Positions 19,673 through 28,155 of a stretch of DNA of 64,000 nt are shown here, one piece after another (position 1 is the first letter of the stretch; every line of letters starts with the position of its first letter). Source of the DNA: an uncultured bacterium (GTDB taxonomy: Bacteria; Fidelibacterota; Marinisomatia; SCGC-AAA003-L08; GCA-2689995); assembly GCA_964529325.1 (NCBI GenBank), contig CAZGWH010000001.1:66872-130871 (forward strand). The letters are read 5' to 3'. The position numbers and the translations under genes were made by a program. The notes below the pieces were generated by a model. The model searched no databases. It had not been told where the DNA came from and saw only the letters and a program-made list of their open reading frames with translations.

Positions 19673-22366
19673 TTGGAACCCCTCTATATTACAAATACCA
19701 TTAAAAAATATTGTTATATATTTATTATATTTTCAATATTCTTATCACACATAAATGCAAGCAGGCTTTGGGGAATTATTCAAAAAGAGAATAAACCATT
19801 TATACATGATTATGAAATAATTTATTCTCAATTACTAGAATTTCAACTTCAAGGTAATTTAGGAAATTATCACGATTGGCCATATAATAGTAATGACGGT
19901 TGGGGATTTGTAAAATATAAAAATAAAATTCTTAATGATTCATTTGATAATATTCATTCTTCAATTACAGCAATCAATGACTCTCAATTTATCCAAGAAA
20001 TCCATAATATATTAAACCCAACAAATAATATTCGGATTGCATTTGGGCATGTTCGAAATGCAACTACAGGGGCTTTTTCTATACCTAACCCCCACCCATT
20101 TACTTATCAATTTAATAATAAAACATATTCATTTGCACATAATGGGACAATTGACAAAATCGGATTATTAAATTTATTAACAGAAAATGGAACCGATTCT
20201 ACATGGATTTTTAATAATCCACCAAATTCATATAATTGTGGTAATTGGAATGATGAAGGATTTAATTGTTTAGTTGATTCAGAATTATATTTTTTATGGA
20301 TTATAAAAAATATAATTGATTTAAATGATGATTATAGGGGAATTACGAATGCCTTAAATATAATTGAAAATACCGAATTTGATATCGATAATATTAATGG
20401 AGAACAACGAAATTTCATTATGTCCAATGGTACGGAATTATTTGCTTATAAATCTTCAGATGACATACATGAAGAATCTAGATATGAATTATTTTATCAA
20501 TCATTTCCAAATCATTTTTCTATAATGTCAACACCACATTCAGTTGATAGTGGATATATTCCAATAAATGATCAAGAATTATTAATTTTTCGAAATGATG
20601 TAATTACACCAATATCTTTATATCCAGTTAATGAAATGAATTATGAAAATGATTATCAAATACTTCAAGATATAATTACAATAAATAATTTAAATGAAGT
20701 AAATTGTAATTCATGTAATAGTGACGGTATATTACAACCATTGGAATTAGGAAATCAGGTTTGGGAAAACAATCGTTTAATTGAATTTAATATTTCAAAT
20801 TACACTACGGATGAAATTAAATACTATCCGAGTTCAATAAAATTATTATCTGAATTAGTTTCTTTTAATGGACCTTTCACTGAAATAATTCCTCAACTAA
20901 ATTGTGTAGAATTAAATAGTCCGTTATCAGATTTTTTTCAATGTAATTCTTTAGGTTGTTCAGATCCAATAGCATGTAATTATAATTATTTTTCAAGTGG
21001 AAATGATGGATCATGTGAATATTCACCCAACAATTATGATTGTGATGGAAATTGTTTAACAGCAATTAATGAAAATAATGATTGTTTAGAAATTTATGAA
21101 TTTGGTTGTTTAGATACACTGGCTTTTAATTATAATCCATTAGCTATTATTGATAATGGAAAATGTATGTATGATAATATTATTTTATTTAAACGAGGAA
21201 ATAATTTAATCAGTTTACATGGCATTCCTGAAACAAGTAATACCGAATTGTTAATGCAACCACTTGAAGAAAGTGGTCTTGAAATAAATTTTATATTAGG
21301 GCAAGGCATGGGATACTTTAAAGTAGATGACGAATGGTCAGGGAACTTACATTCACTCGATATAAATTCAGGCTATTGGTTTAATGTCGGTTCAAATTTC
21401 ACATGGCATATTCCTTTACAAAATAGACCTAATTTACCAACGGATTGTATTTCATATAATCTAGAGGAAGGAAATAATTTAATATCTTATTCAGGTGAAG
21501 ATGATAATTTTACAATTAATTCATTAAATGGTGATGTATTTTCTGAAAATTTTCAATTTATTTTAGGACAAACCGTCGGATTATTTAATACAGAATCTGG
21601 ATGGTCTGGCAATTTATTTAATTTAAAAAATAAAAAAGGGTATTGGGTAAATTCCCTTTACCCAATTGATTTTTATTGGGGTACAAATTGTGAAGAATCA
21701 ACAATTATTGAAGGGTTAAATAAAAATGTTCAATCTAAACTTTCTTATAATCAATCGACAAATCAAGCCTTTTATTTAATTGATGAATTAATAATTGAGA
21801 ACTATTCACCGAATGAAAATGATATATTAATCGCTTATCATCAAGACCAATTAATAGGTAGTACTAAATGGTCTATTGAAAAAATAATTCTACCCATAAT
21901 GGGCAGAGATTTATCCTCTCAAACGGAAGGATATATTGAAGAAGGTGATGTTCCAGAAATAAAATTATACCAATATAATACAGGAAAACTTATTAATTTA
22001 AATGGTGACATTAACTCTTGGCATAATTTATCTGTAAATCTAATAAATAATCTTCATACAAAAACAGAAATTACACCAACCCAATTCAACATAAATCCTG
22101 CATATCCCAACCCATTTAATGCGAAAACAACATTGAGTTTTACAATACCGAATGAATCACAAATAAATATTGAATTATTTGATTTAACAGGGAAAAAAAT
22201 AAAGTCAATTATAAATACAATTTACAAACCTGGAAATCATAAAATCCTAATTAATGGGAAGAATCTCTCAACAGGAGTTTATATCATTAAAATATCTATG
22301 TTCAAAAATTCAAATAGTTTATCACCTATTTTTCAAAGCACTCAAAAAATTATTTTATTAAAATAA
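19673..22366 (+). CDS. Secreted YafJ-type class II glutamine amidotransferase-like (Ntn hydrolase) domain protein with Cys-rich linker, two GNNL...GYW modules and a T9SS C-terminal domain
   Basis: TTG start. Signal peptide ...FLSHINA|SRLWG. Motifs align to my recollection of E. coli YafJ: DGWG, GHVRNATTG...NPHPF, FAHNGTI, VDSELYFLW. CTD: YPNPFNAKTTLSF...GVYIIKI...IILLK. Confidence 0.7.
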   Translation: MEPLYITNTIKKYCYIFIIFSIFLSHINASRLWGIIQKENKPFIHDYEIIYSQLLEFQLQGNLGNYHDWPYNSNDGWGFVKYKNKILNDSFDNIHSSITAINDSQFIQEIHNILNPTNNIRIAFGHVRNATTGAFSIPNPHPFTYQFNNKTYSFAHNGTIDKIGLLNLLTENGTDSTWIFNNPPNSYNCGNWNDEGFNCLVDSELYFLWIIKNIIDLNDDYRGITNALNIIENTEFDIDNINGEQRNFIMSNGTELFAYKSSDDIHEESRYELFYQSFPNHFSIMSTPHSVDSGYIPINDQELLIFRNDVITPISLYPVNEMNYENDYQILQDIITINNLNEVNCNSCNSDGILQPLELGNQVWENNRLIEFNISNYTTDEIKYYPSSIKLLSELVSFNGPFTEIIPQLNCVELNSPLSDFFQCNSLGCSDPIACNYNYFSSGNDGSCEYSPNNYDCDGNCLTAINENNDCLEIYEFGCLDTLAFNYNPLAIIDNGKCMYDNIILFKRGNNLISLHGIPETSNTELLMQPLEESGLEINFILGQGMGYFKVDDEWSGNLHSLDINSGYWFNVGSNFTWHIPLQNRPNLPTDCISYNLEEGNNLISYSGEDDNFTINSLNGDVFSENFQFILGQTVGLFNTESGWSGNLFNLKNKKGYWVNSLYPIDFYWGTNCEESTIIEGLNKNVQSKLSYNQSTNQAFYLIDELIIENYSPNENDILIAYHQDQLIGSTKWSIEKIILPIMGRDLSSQTEGYIEEGDVPEIKLYQYNTGKLINLNGDINSWHNLSVNLINNLHTKTEITPTQFNINPAYPNPFNAKTTLSFTIPNESQINIELFDLTGKKIKSIINTIYKPGNHKILINGKNLSTGVYIIKISMFKNSNSLSPIFQSTQKIILLK

Positions 22367-22374
22367 AAAAGAAA

Positions 22375-24132
22375 TTGAAATCAATATTGAAATATTTATC
22401 TGGGTTAATTATAATAATTTCAATATTTTATTTTTGGATATTACCCTTATTTTCTCAAGATATCATTTTTATTAATGGTAAAATTATTACAATGGAATCA
22501 AAAAATAGTGAGTTTGAAGCTATTTATATTAAAGATGGGTTAATTTTTGAAATTGGTAATACCGAAGATATTATTAAAAATGATAATTGGAAAACGAAAG
22601 TAATAGATTTAAAAGGCAAGACGATGATGCCTGGGTTTATTGAAGCACATTGTCATCCAATCGGAACTGCAATAATTAATCAAGTCTTAAGCATTAGTGG
22701 ATATAACTATAATTCACGGGCAGAAATAATAAATGCAATTAAAACGGAAATTAAAAATCCAAATAATGATGATTGGCTAATTGTCTTCGGGTGGGACCCC
22801 GTAATGGTTGATGATTTAGAAAACCCATCATTATCTGAATTAAATGACATTTCACCAAACAGACCGTTGCTCATACTTACTCAAATGATGCATCATGGGT
22901 TTATCAATTCGGCAGGATATAAAAGAGCTAAAATAACTAAAGATTATCCAGAATTATCAGGAGCTGGTAAATTTTTAAAAGATGATAATGGTGAGCTTAA
23001 TGGAGTAATTTATGAAGTTACAGCTCTTCAATATATTTTAAAACAGCTCCCAAAAACACCATCATCAGCAATTAAATTATTATTAAATATACAATATTCA
23101 AAATATGCTAAAGCTGGTTTTACCTCAATTGGAGTTCTAGGTCCAATAGAAAAAGGTGGCTATCCTTTAGATTTCATGTATAATTTAGCTTCTCAAAAAA
23201 CAATGCCTATTCGAACTTTTATATATGGATTAGAGAACCAAATTGATAGTGCAAATTGGAAACCCAATTATGGTCATGATAATTTCCGCCTTAAAGGAGT
23301 AAAACTCTATATGGATGGTTCGCCATACACGGGTGGTGCTGCATTTAAAGATGCCTATGTAAATTCACATATTACTTTAAATCGAATTGGGTTAAAACCA
23401 AATCATTATGGTGAAGTAAATTATAGTTTAAATGAATTCATTCCAATTGTTGAAAAATACCATAATCAAGGCTTTCAAATTGCAACCCATGTGCAAGGTG
23501 AAATTGCAATAGATATCGCTTTAGATGCAATTGAATATGCATTGAATAAACAACCAAGAGAAAATCACAGACATAGGTTAGAGCATAATGCATTAATCAC
23601 AACAGAACAAATTAAAAGAGCAGAAAAATTAGGTGTAACCCTTAGTATATTTATTGACCATATTTATTATTATGGTGATAAGTTAGACCAAATCGTTGGT
23701 AAAGAAAGAACACAACGATATATGCCTTTAGGAACTGCAATGAAAGTTGGAAATTTTACAACTATTCATACAGATAATCCCGTTACGCCTGTAAATGCTC
23801 TACGGCCAGTAGAAACTGCAATTTTAAGAAAGACACGAAAAACAGGGCAAATAGTTGGAAGTCAGGAAAGATTGTCTAAATTTGATGCATTAAAAGCAAT
23901 TACCATAAATCCGGCATGGCAATTTATTGAAGAAAATAATATAGGCAGTTTAGAAATAGGTAAGTTTGCAGACTTAGTTATTTTATCAGAAAACCCGTTT
24001 GAAATAGATGCTGAAAATTATCAAAACATTAAAATTGAAAGTACTTGGTTGTCTGGGAAAAAAATAAATTCTTCAATATATAATTGGACAAATTTTAAAT
24101 TATCTATTCTTACTTTATGGGAAATGATTTAA
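22375..24132 (+). CDS. Metal-dependent amidohydrolase (Amidohydro_3-like)
   Basis: 585 aa, TTG start, N-terminal TM/signal anchor. Contains the HxH metal motif (IEAHCHPIG) plus later ATHVQGE and HRLEHN, typical of the amidohydrolase superfamily. Confidence 0.8.
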   Translation: MKSILKYLSGLIIIISIFYFWILPLFSQDIIFINGKIITMESKNSEFEAIYIKDGLIFEIGNTEDIIKNDNWKTKVIDLKGKTMMPGFIEAHCHPIGTAIINQVLSISGYNYNSRAEIINAIKTEIKNPNNDDWLIVFGWDPVMVDDLENPSLSELNDISPNRPLLILTQMMHHGFINSAGYKRAKITKDYPELSGAGKFLKDDNGELNGVIYEVTALQYILKQLPKTPSSAIKLLLNIQYSKYAKAGFTSIGVLGPIEKGGYPLDFMYNLASQKTMPIRTFIYGLENQIDSANWKPNYGHDNFRLKGVKLYMDGSPYTGGAAFKDAYVNSHITLNRIGLKPNHYGEVNYSLNEFIPIVEKYHNQGFQIATHVQGEIAIDIALDAIEYALNKQPRENHRHRLEHNALITTEQIKRAEKLGVTLSIFIDHIYYYGDKLDQIVGKERTQRYMPLGTAMKVGNFTTIHTDNPVTPVNALRPVETAILRKTRKTGQIVGSQERLSKFDALKAITINPAWQFIEENNIGSLEIGKFADLVILSENPFEIDAENYQNIKIESTWLSGKKINSSIYNWTNFKLSILTLWEMI

Positions 24133-24149
24133 AAATAACTATTTCTGTC

Positions 24150-24398
24150 TCATATCACCTGACGGGATACATGATGACCTTTTATGGTTTTGGATGTTTT
24201 ACCGTTCCTGGAGTTAGATTTGCTTTTTCCCAAGGAGGAATATTTTGAATAGCCTAAATGGTCTGTCATCTCACCTTCTAGAGCTCGCTTTACAACGGCT
24301 TTAGTTAATTGTTTTAATAAGCCTTCTTCACCCAAAATATCTTCAGGCTTTTTACAACTTTTTAACAGCTCATCTATCAGTTCATCGTTTCTAGTCAT
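24150..24398 (-). pseudogene. Truncated IS256-family (mutator-type) transposase, N-terminal ~75 aa only
   Basis: LLKQLTKAVVKRALEGEMTDHLGYSKY...NSRNGKTSKTIKG matches the conserved N-terminus of IS256-family transposases. The reading frame ends after 82 aa, before the catalytic region, and no second half is present nearby. Confidence 0.7.
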
Positions 24399-24466
24399 TT
24401 TGCTTTCCTTTCTTTGCTTTTATATCAAGCAGTTTGACCATTTACACAAAACTATTTATAAGCCCA

Positions 24467-24522
24467 CTGAGAGAATTCCAATATAGAGTTCTCTCAGTTG
24501 ATTAAGGGTATTTTCATACCCT
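24467..24522 (-). terminator. Two hairpins downstream of acs (possible terminator and/or IS-end remnant)
   Basis: A 7-bp stem AGGGTAT/ATACCCT (24505-24522, loop TTTC) and a 9-bp stem CTGAGAGAA/TTCTCTCAG (24467-24497). Neither is followed by a clear T-run on the minus strand. Confidence 0.35.
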
Positions 24523-24536
24523 CAGAGGAAAGAAAT

Positions 24537-26489
24537 TTACTGCCTACTTTCTAACAAATTATCCACTACAGATGGATCAGCTAATGTTGAGATATCGCCT
24601 AGACTAGAAATATTATTCCCAGCAATTTTTCTAAGAATTCTTCTCATAATCTTCCCAGAGCGTGTTTTAGGTAGTGCTGGGGTAAACTGTACTTTATCAG
24701 GTGATGCATGAGGCCCGATTAATTCTCTCACTTTCATACGAATTCCTTTTAAAGTTTCATCATTTGGTTCTTCGCCAGCCATGAGTGTTACATAAGCATA
24801 AATTCCTTGCCCCTTCACTTCATGAGGATATCCAACAACGGCAGCCTCTGCAACCGTTTTGTATGCACCAATTGCACCTTCTATTTCAGCCGTTCCCAAT
24901 CGATGTCCAGACACATTTAGTACATCATCAACACGACCTGTAATCCAGTAATACCCATCTTCATCTCGTTTTGCTCCATCGCCAGTAAAATAATATCCAG
25001 GATACATTGAGAAATATGTTTCAAAAAATCTTTTATGATCACCATAGATTGTACGCATTTGCCCTGGCCAAGAATGTTTAATAGCAAGTAACCCTTCAAC
25101 ACTATTGCCCTCTTTTTCAACACCTTCTGCATTTAAAATAACTGGTTCTATTCCAAAAAATGGCATAGTTGCTGAACCTGGCTTTGTTGCAATTGCTGAT
25201 GGAAGTGGCGTAATTAAAATTCCACCTGTTTCTGTTTGCCACCATGTATCTATAATTGGACAATTATTTTCACCAATCACATCTTTATACCACATCCATT
25301 CTGGTTTTTTTATAGGTTCACCAACAGTACCTAATACTTTAAGAGTTGATCTATCCCATTTAGTTACATAGTCATCACCCTCACGCATAAGTGCACGCAA
25401 TGCTGTTGGAGCGGTATAAAAAATATTCACTTTATGTTTTTCAACTATTTGCCAAAACCGACCAAAATCAGGGTAATTTGGTACTCCTTCAAACATCATC
25501 GTTGTAGCTCTATTTGCCATTGGTCCATACACAATATATGAATGACCCGTAATCCAACCAATATCTGCTGTACACCAATAAATGTCCCCTGCTTGATAAT
25601 CAAAAATAGTTTCATGTGTGTAAGAAGCAAAAAGTAAATATCCTGCTGTGGTATGCAATACACCTTTAGGTTTTCCTGTTGAACCAGATGTGTATAAAAT
25701 AAATAGTGGATCTTCAGCATCCATTTGTACAGGTTCACATTCTGATGATACTTTGCCCACTTCATCCTGCCACCAAACATCTCTACCATCATCCATATTT
25801 ACAGGTTCACCCGTGCGTTTTACTACAAACACTTTTTCTATTGATGGCGTATTTTCCAATGCTTTATCAGCATTGGATTTCATTGGAATATTTAGTTTTT
25901 TACCTCGAACACCAGTGTCTTGCGTTACTAATATTTTGCATTCAGAATCATTTATTCTATTACGCAAAGCATCAGGTGAGAATGCACCAAATACAATTGA
26001 GTGAACCGCACCAATTCGAGAACAGGCTAACATCGCTATAGAAAGCTCAGGGATCATTTGCATATACAAGCAAACTCTATCACCTTTTTGCACTCCATGT
26101 GCTTTTAATACATTCGCAAATTGAGATACTTTTTCAAGCATTTCATTATAGGTGTACAACGCATCTTCATCTGGGTTATTACCTTCCCAAATAAGTGCAG
26201 TTTGGTCACCATGCCCCGCATTTACATGTCTATCTAAGCAATTAAATGAAACATTAAGTTTTCCACCTTCAAACCACTTAATATTTGCAGTATTAAAATC
26301 ACAATTAGAAACGGTATCCCACTTTTTATACCAAGTTAATCGTTCTGCTTTATCTGCCCAAAATTCATCCATATTTTCAATAGAATTATTGTACATTTTT
26401 TGATATGATTCCATTGTTGGAACATGAGCAATTTGTGCATCTTTATATTGTGTTTTAATCACTTTAGGTGTTTGAATTAATTCAGTCAT
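24537..26489 (-). CDS. acs: Acetyl-CoA synthetase (AMP-forming)
   Basis: 650 aa. AMP-binding motif [19 protein letters not shown], and a C-terminal ...[10 protein letters not shown]. Highly canonical Acs sequence. Confidence 0.97.
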   Translation of the reverse strand: MTELIQTPKVIKTQYKDAQIAHVPTMESYQKMYNNSIENMDEFWADKAERLTWYKKWDTVSNCDFNTANIKWFEGGKLNVSFNCLDRHVNAGHGDQTALIWEGNNPDEDALYTYNEMLEKVSQFANVLKAHGVQKGDRVCLYMQMIPELSIAMLACSRIGAVHSIVFGAFSPDALRNRINDSECKILVTQDTGVRGKKLNIPMKSNADKALENTPSIEKVFVVKRTGEPVNMDDGRDVWWQDEVGKVSSECEPVQMDAEDPLFILYTSGSTGKPKGVLHTTAGYLLFASYTHETIFDYQAGDIYWCTADIGWITGHSYIVYGPMANRATTMMFEGVPNYPDFGRFWQIVEKHKVNIFYTAPTALRALMREGDDYVTKWDRSTLKVLGTVGEPIKKPEWMWYKDVIGENNCPIIDTWWQTETGGILITPLPSAIATKPGSATMPFFGIEPVILNAEGVEKEGNSVEGLLAIKHSWPGQMRTIYGDHKRFFETYFSMYPGYYFTGDGAKRDEDGYYWITGRVDDVLNVSGHRLGTAEIEGAIGAYKTVAEAAVVGYPHEVKGQGIYAYVTLMAGEEPNDETLKGIRMKVRELIGPHASPDKVQFTPALPKTRSGKIMRRILRKIAGNNISSLGDISTLADPSVVDNLLESRQ

Positions 26490-26597
26490 CGGTTTTTCCT
26501 TTTCTTAGTTATTAAATTTATTAAATTAGAAAATTTGAATTTTATCTAACTATCTACAATCTATCATCTACCTTTTTAGCAAATCATTACCATAAGA

Positions 26598-27890
26598 TTA
26601 TGCAAATTTATTGGATTTCCCCCTGGTCATTATTAATGCACCAATTAAACATGCAATACCTGCAATAATAAAAGGTGTCATCCAAACGGAGGGGTCTGTA
26701 TTACTTTTAGCAGAATCCTTAAAAAAACCTGCAATTTGTGGTCCTAATATTCCAGCAATACCATATGCTGTAAACATAAATCCATAGTTTTGCCCAACAT
26801 TTTTATTCCCAAAATAATCAGCAGTTGCTGCAGGAAATAATGCAAAATTACCACCAAAATTAAATCCAATTATACTTGAAACTATTATTAGACCAATTGC
26901 AGTTCCAAACAAGATGAATCCATGATAAATAGAAAGCATAATTAAACCTTGCAAAGTAGTCATTGCAATAATCGCTTTTCGTCTCCCAATTTTATCAGAT
27001 ATAATTCCCCAAATAATACGACCTAAACCATTAAAAATTGCATACCAAGCCATCGCTGTACCTGTAATAACTCCAGCGTTTGCGACCCCATGGTGTTCAA
27101 GAGCATCTATACCAAATAACCGAATACAATAAATTACCATTAATCCTGATAATGCAGAAAAAATAAAAACAGACCATAATTTATAAAACTGTGGACTTTT
27201 TAACATTTGGGAAGACTCTACCTCTTCTGATGCAGTTATATTTACAGATGAAACTATATTGGGATCCCAACCTTCAGGTATATAACCTTTCGGAGGGTTT
27301 ACCATTACTAAACTACCCAATAAAACTAAAATTGTAAATACTACTCCGTAAATCACAAATACAGATTGAACACTATTTAGCCCAAATACATTTGCTGTGT
27401 TTAATAACCCTCCAAACCAAGAACCAGCAAGTTTCACCCAAATTGTAGCTCCAAATCCGAACCCTGCTACAGCAAGTCCAGTTATCAACCCTTTTTTATC
27501 TGGAAACCACTTTACTCCAACAGCAATTGGAACTACATACGCAATCCCAATCCCTGCACCACCAACAATACCAATAAATAATAATTGTGTCCAAAATGTA
27601 CTTCCAAAAATCCCACCAAAAATATATCCTGTACCAAGAAGAATTCCTCCTATCATAGTTAATTTAATAGAGCTAATTCGTTGTTGAAGTTGTCCTGAAA
27701 TCACCACAAACATTGAAAAAGATGCTAAACCTGCTGAAAATATCCACGCTGTTTGTTGAGCTGAAAATTTAAATATTCCATTTGAATCTGTGAGTAAATC
27801 CGTAAATACAGACCAAGAATAAATTGCCCCCAAAGCAAGCTGAATCATTATTGCACCCACCACTACAATCCATCTATTTTTAATATTCAT
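26598..27890 (-). CDS. MFS transporter, oxalate/formate antiporter (OFA)-like; possible monocarboxylate transporter
   Basis: 430 aa with about 12 TM helices and an MFS loop motif (SDKIGRRKAI). It is co-directional with and immediately upstream of acs. Confidence 0.75.
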   Translation of the reverse strand: MNIKNRWIVVVGAIMIQLALGAIYSWSVFTDLLTDSNGIFKFSAQQTAWIFSAGLASFSMFVVISGQLQQRISSIKLTMIGGILLGTGYIFGGIFGSTFWTQLLFIGIVGGAGIGIAYVVPIAVGVKWFPDKKGLITGLAVAGFGFGATIWVKLAGSWFGGLLNTANVFGLNSVQSVFVIYGVVFTILVLLGSLVMVNPPKGYIPEGWDPNIVSSVNITASEEVESSQMLKSPQFYKLWSVFIFSALSGLMVIYCIRLFGIDALEHHGVANAGVITGTAMAWYAIFNGLGRIIWGIISDKIGRRKAIIAMTTLQGLIMLSIYHGFILFGTAIGLIIVSSIIGFNFGGNFALFPAATADYFGNKNVGQNYGFMFTAYGIAGILGPQIAGFFKDSAKSNTDPSVWMTPFIIAGIACLIGALIMTRGKSNKFA

Positions 27891-28041
27891 GACATCCTAA
27901 TAATATTTTTCAAATATCGATAATTAGACCTGCTTATCTTATTATAAATTTACGAATAATTTCTATTAATTTTATAGTATAAATTTTAATAACAAAAATA
28001 TCTTTTGCTTTACAAATTAAAAGGTGAATAAATTGGAATTA

Positions 28042-28080
28042 ATGGAAAATTTAACATTTAACTATTGGTGTCACATTTAA
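28042..28080 (+). promoter_or_regulatory. Candidate trp leader peptide ORF (MENLTFNYWCHI*)
   Basis: A 12-codon ORF with one Trp codon (28066-28068). It ends 40 nt before a terminator hairpin that directly precedes trpE. AAGGTGA lies 15 nt upstream. Confidence 0.3.
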
Positions 28081-28120
28081 CGGGTAAAACTGCTCCGCGA
28101 ATGTTCGCTATACAGAATTA

Positions 28121-28150
28121 ACCCCGAATTTTACTTCGGGGTTTTTATTT
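28121..28150 (+). terminator. Intrinsic terminator in the trpE 5' leader (candidate attenuator)
   Basis: ACCCCGAA-TTTTAC-TTCGGGGT followed by TTTTTATTT. It ends 6 nt before the trpE ATG. No plus-strand gene lies upstream for it to terminate, since the neighbouring gene is divergent. Confidence 0.6.
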
Positions 28151-28155
28151 ATAAA

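Noticed and set aside
24917-26403. Six ORFs of 71-118 aa in the track (24917..25132 and 25496..25792 on minus; 25105..25371, 25648..26004, 25706..26041 and 26152..26403 on plus) overlapping acs
   Set aside because: All lie inside the highly canonical 650-aa acetyl-CoA synthetase frame, and their translations are low-complexity with no motifs. They are most simply explained by the locally higher G+C reducing chance stop codons.
27397-27687. 96-aa Pro/Asn-rich plus-strand ORF
   Set aside because: It is antisense to the MFS transporter. Its composition mirrors the Gly-rich TM helices of the real gene, and it has no start context.
27961-28155. T-box riboswitch or TRAP-binding (G/U)AG repeat array in the trpE leader
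   Set aside because: I found no conserved T-box sequence, no specifier-loop architecture, and no series of 9-11 evenly spaced GAG/UAG triplets. The leader is also too short for a T-box.
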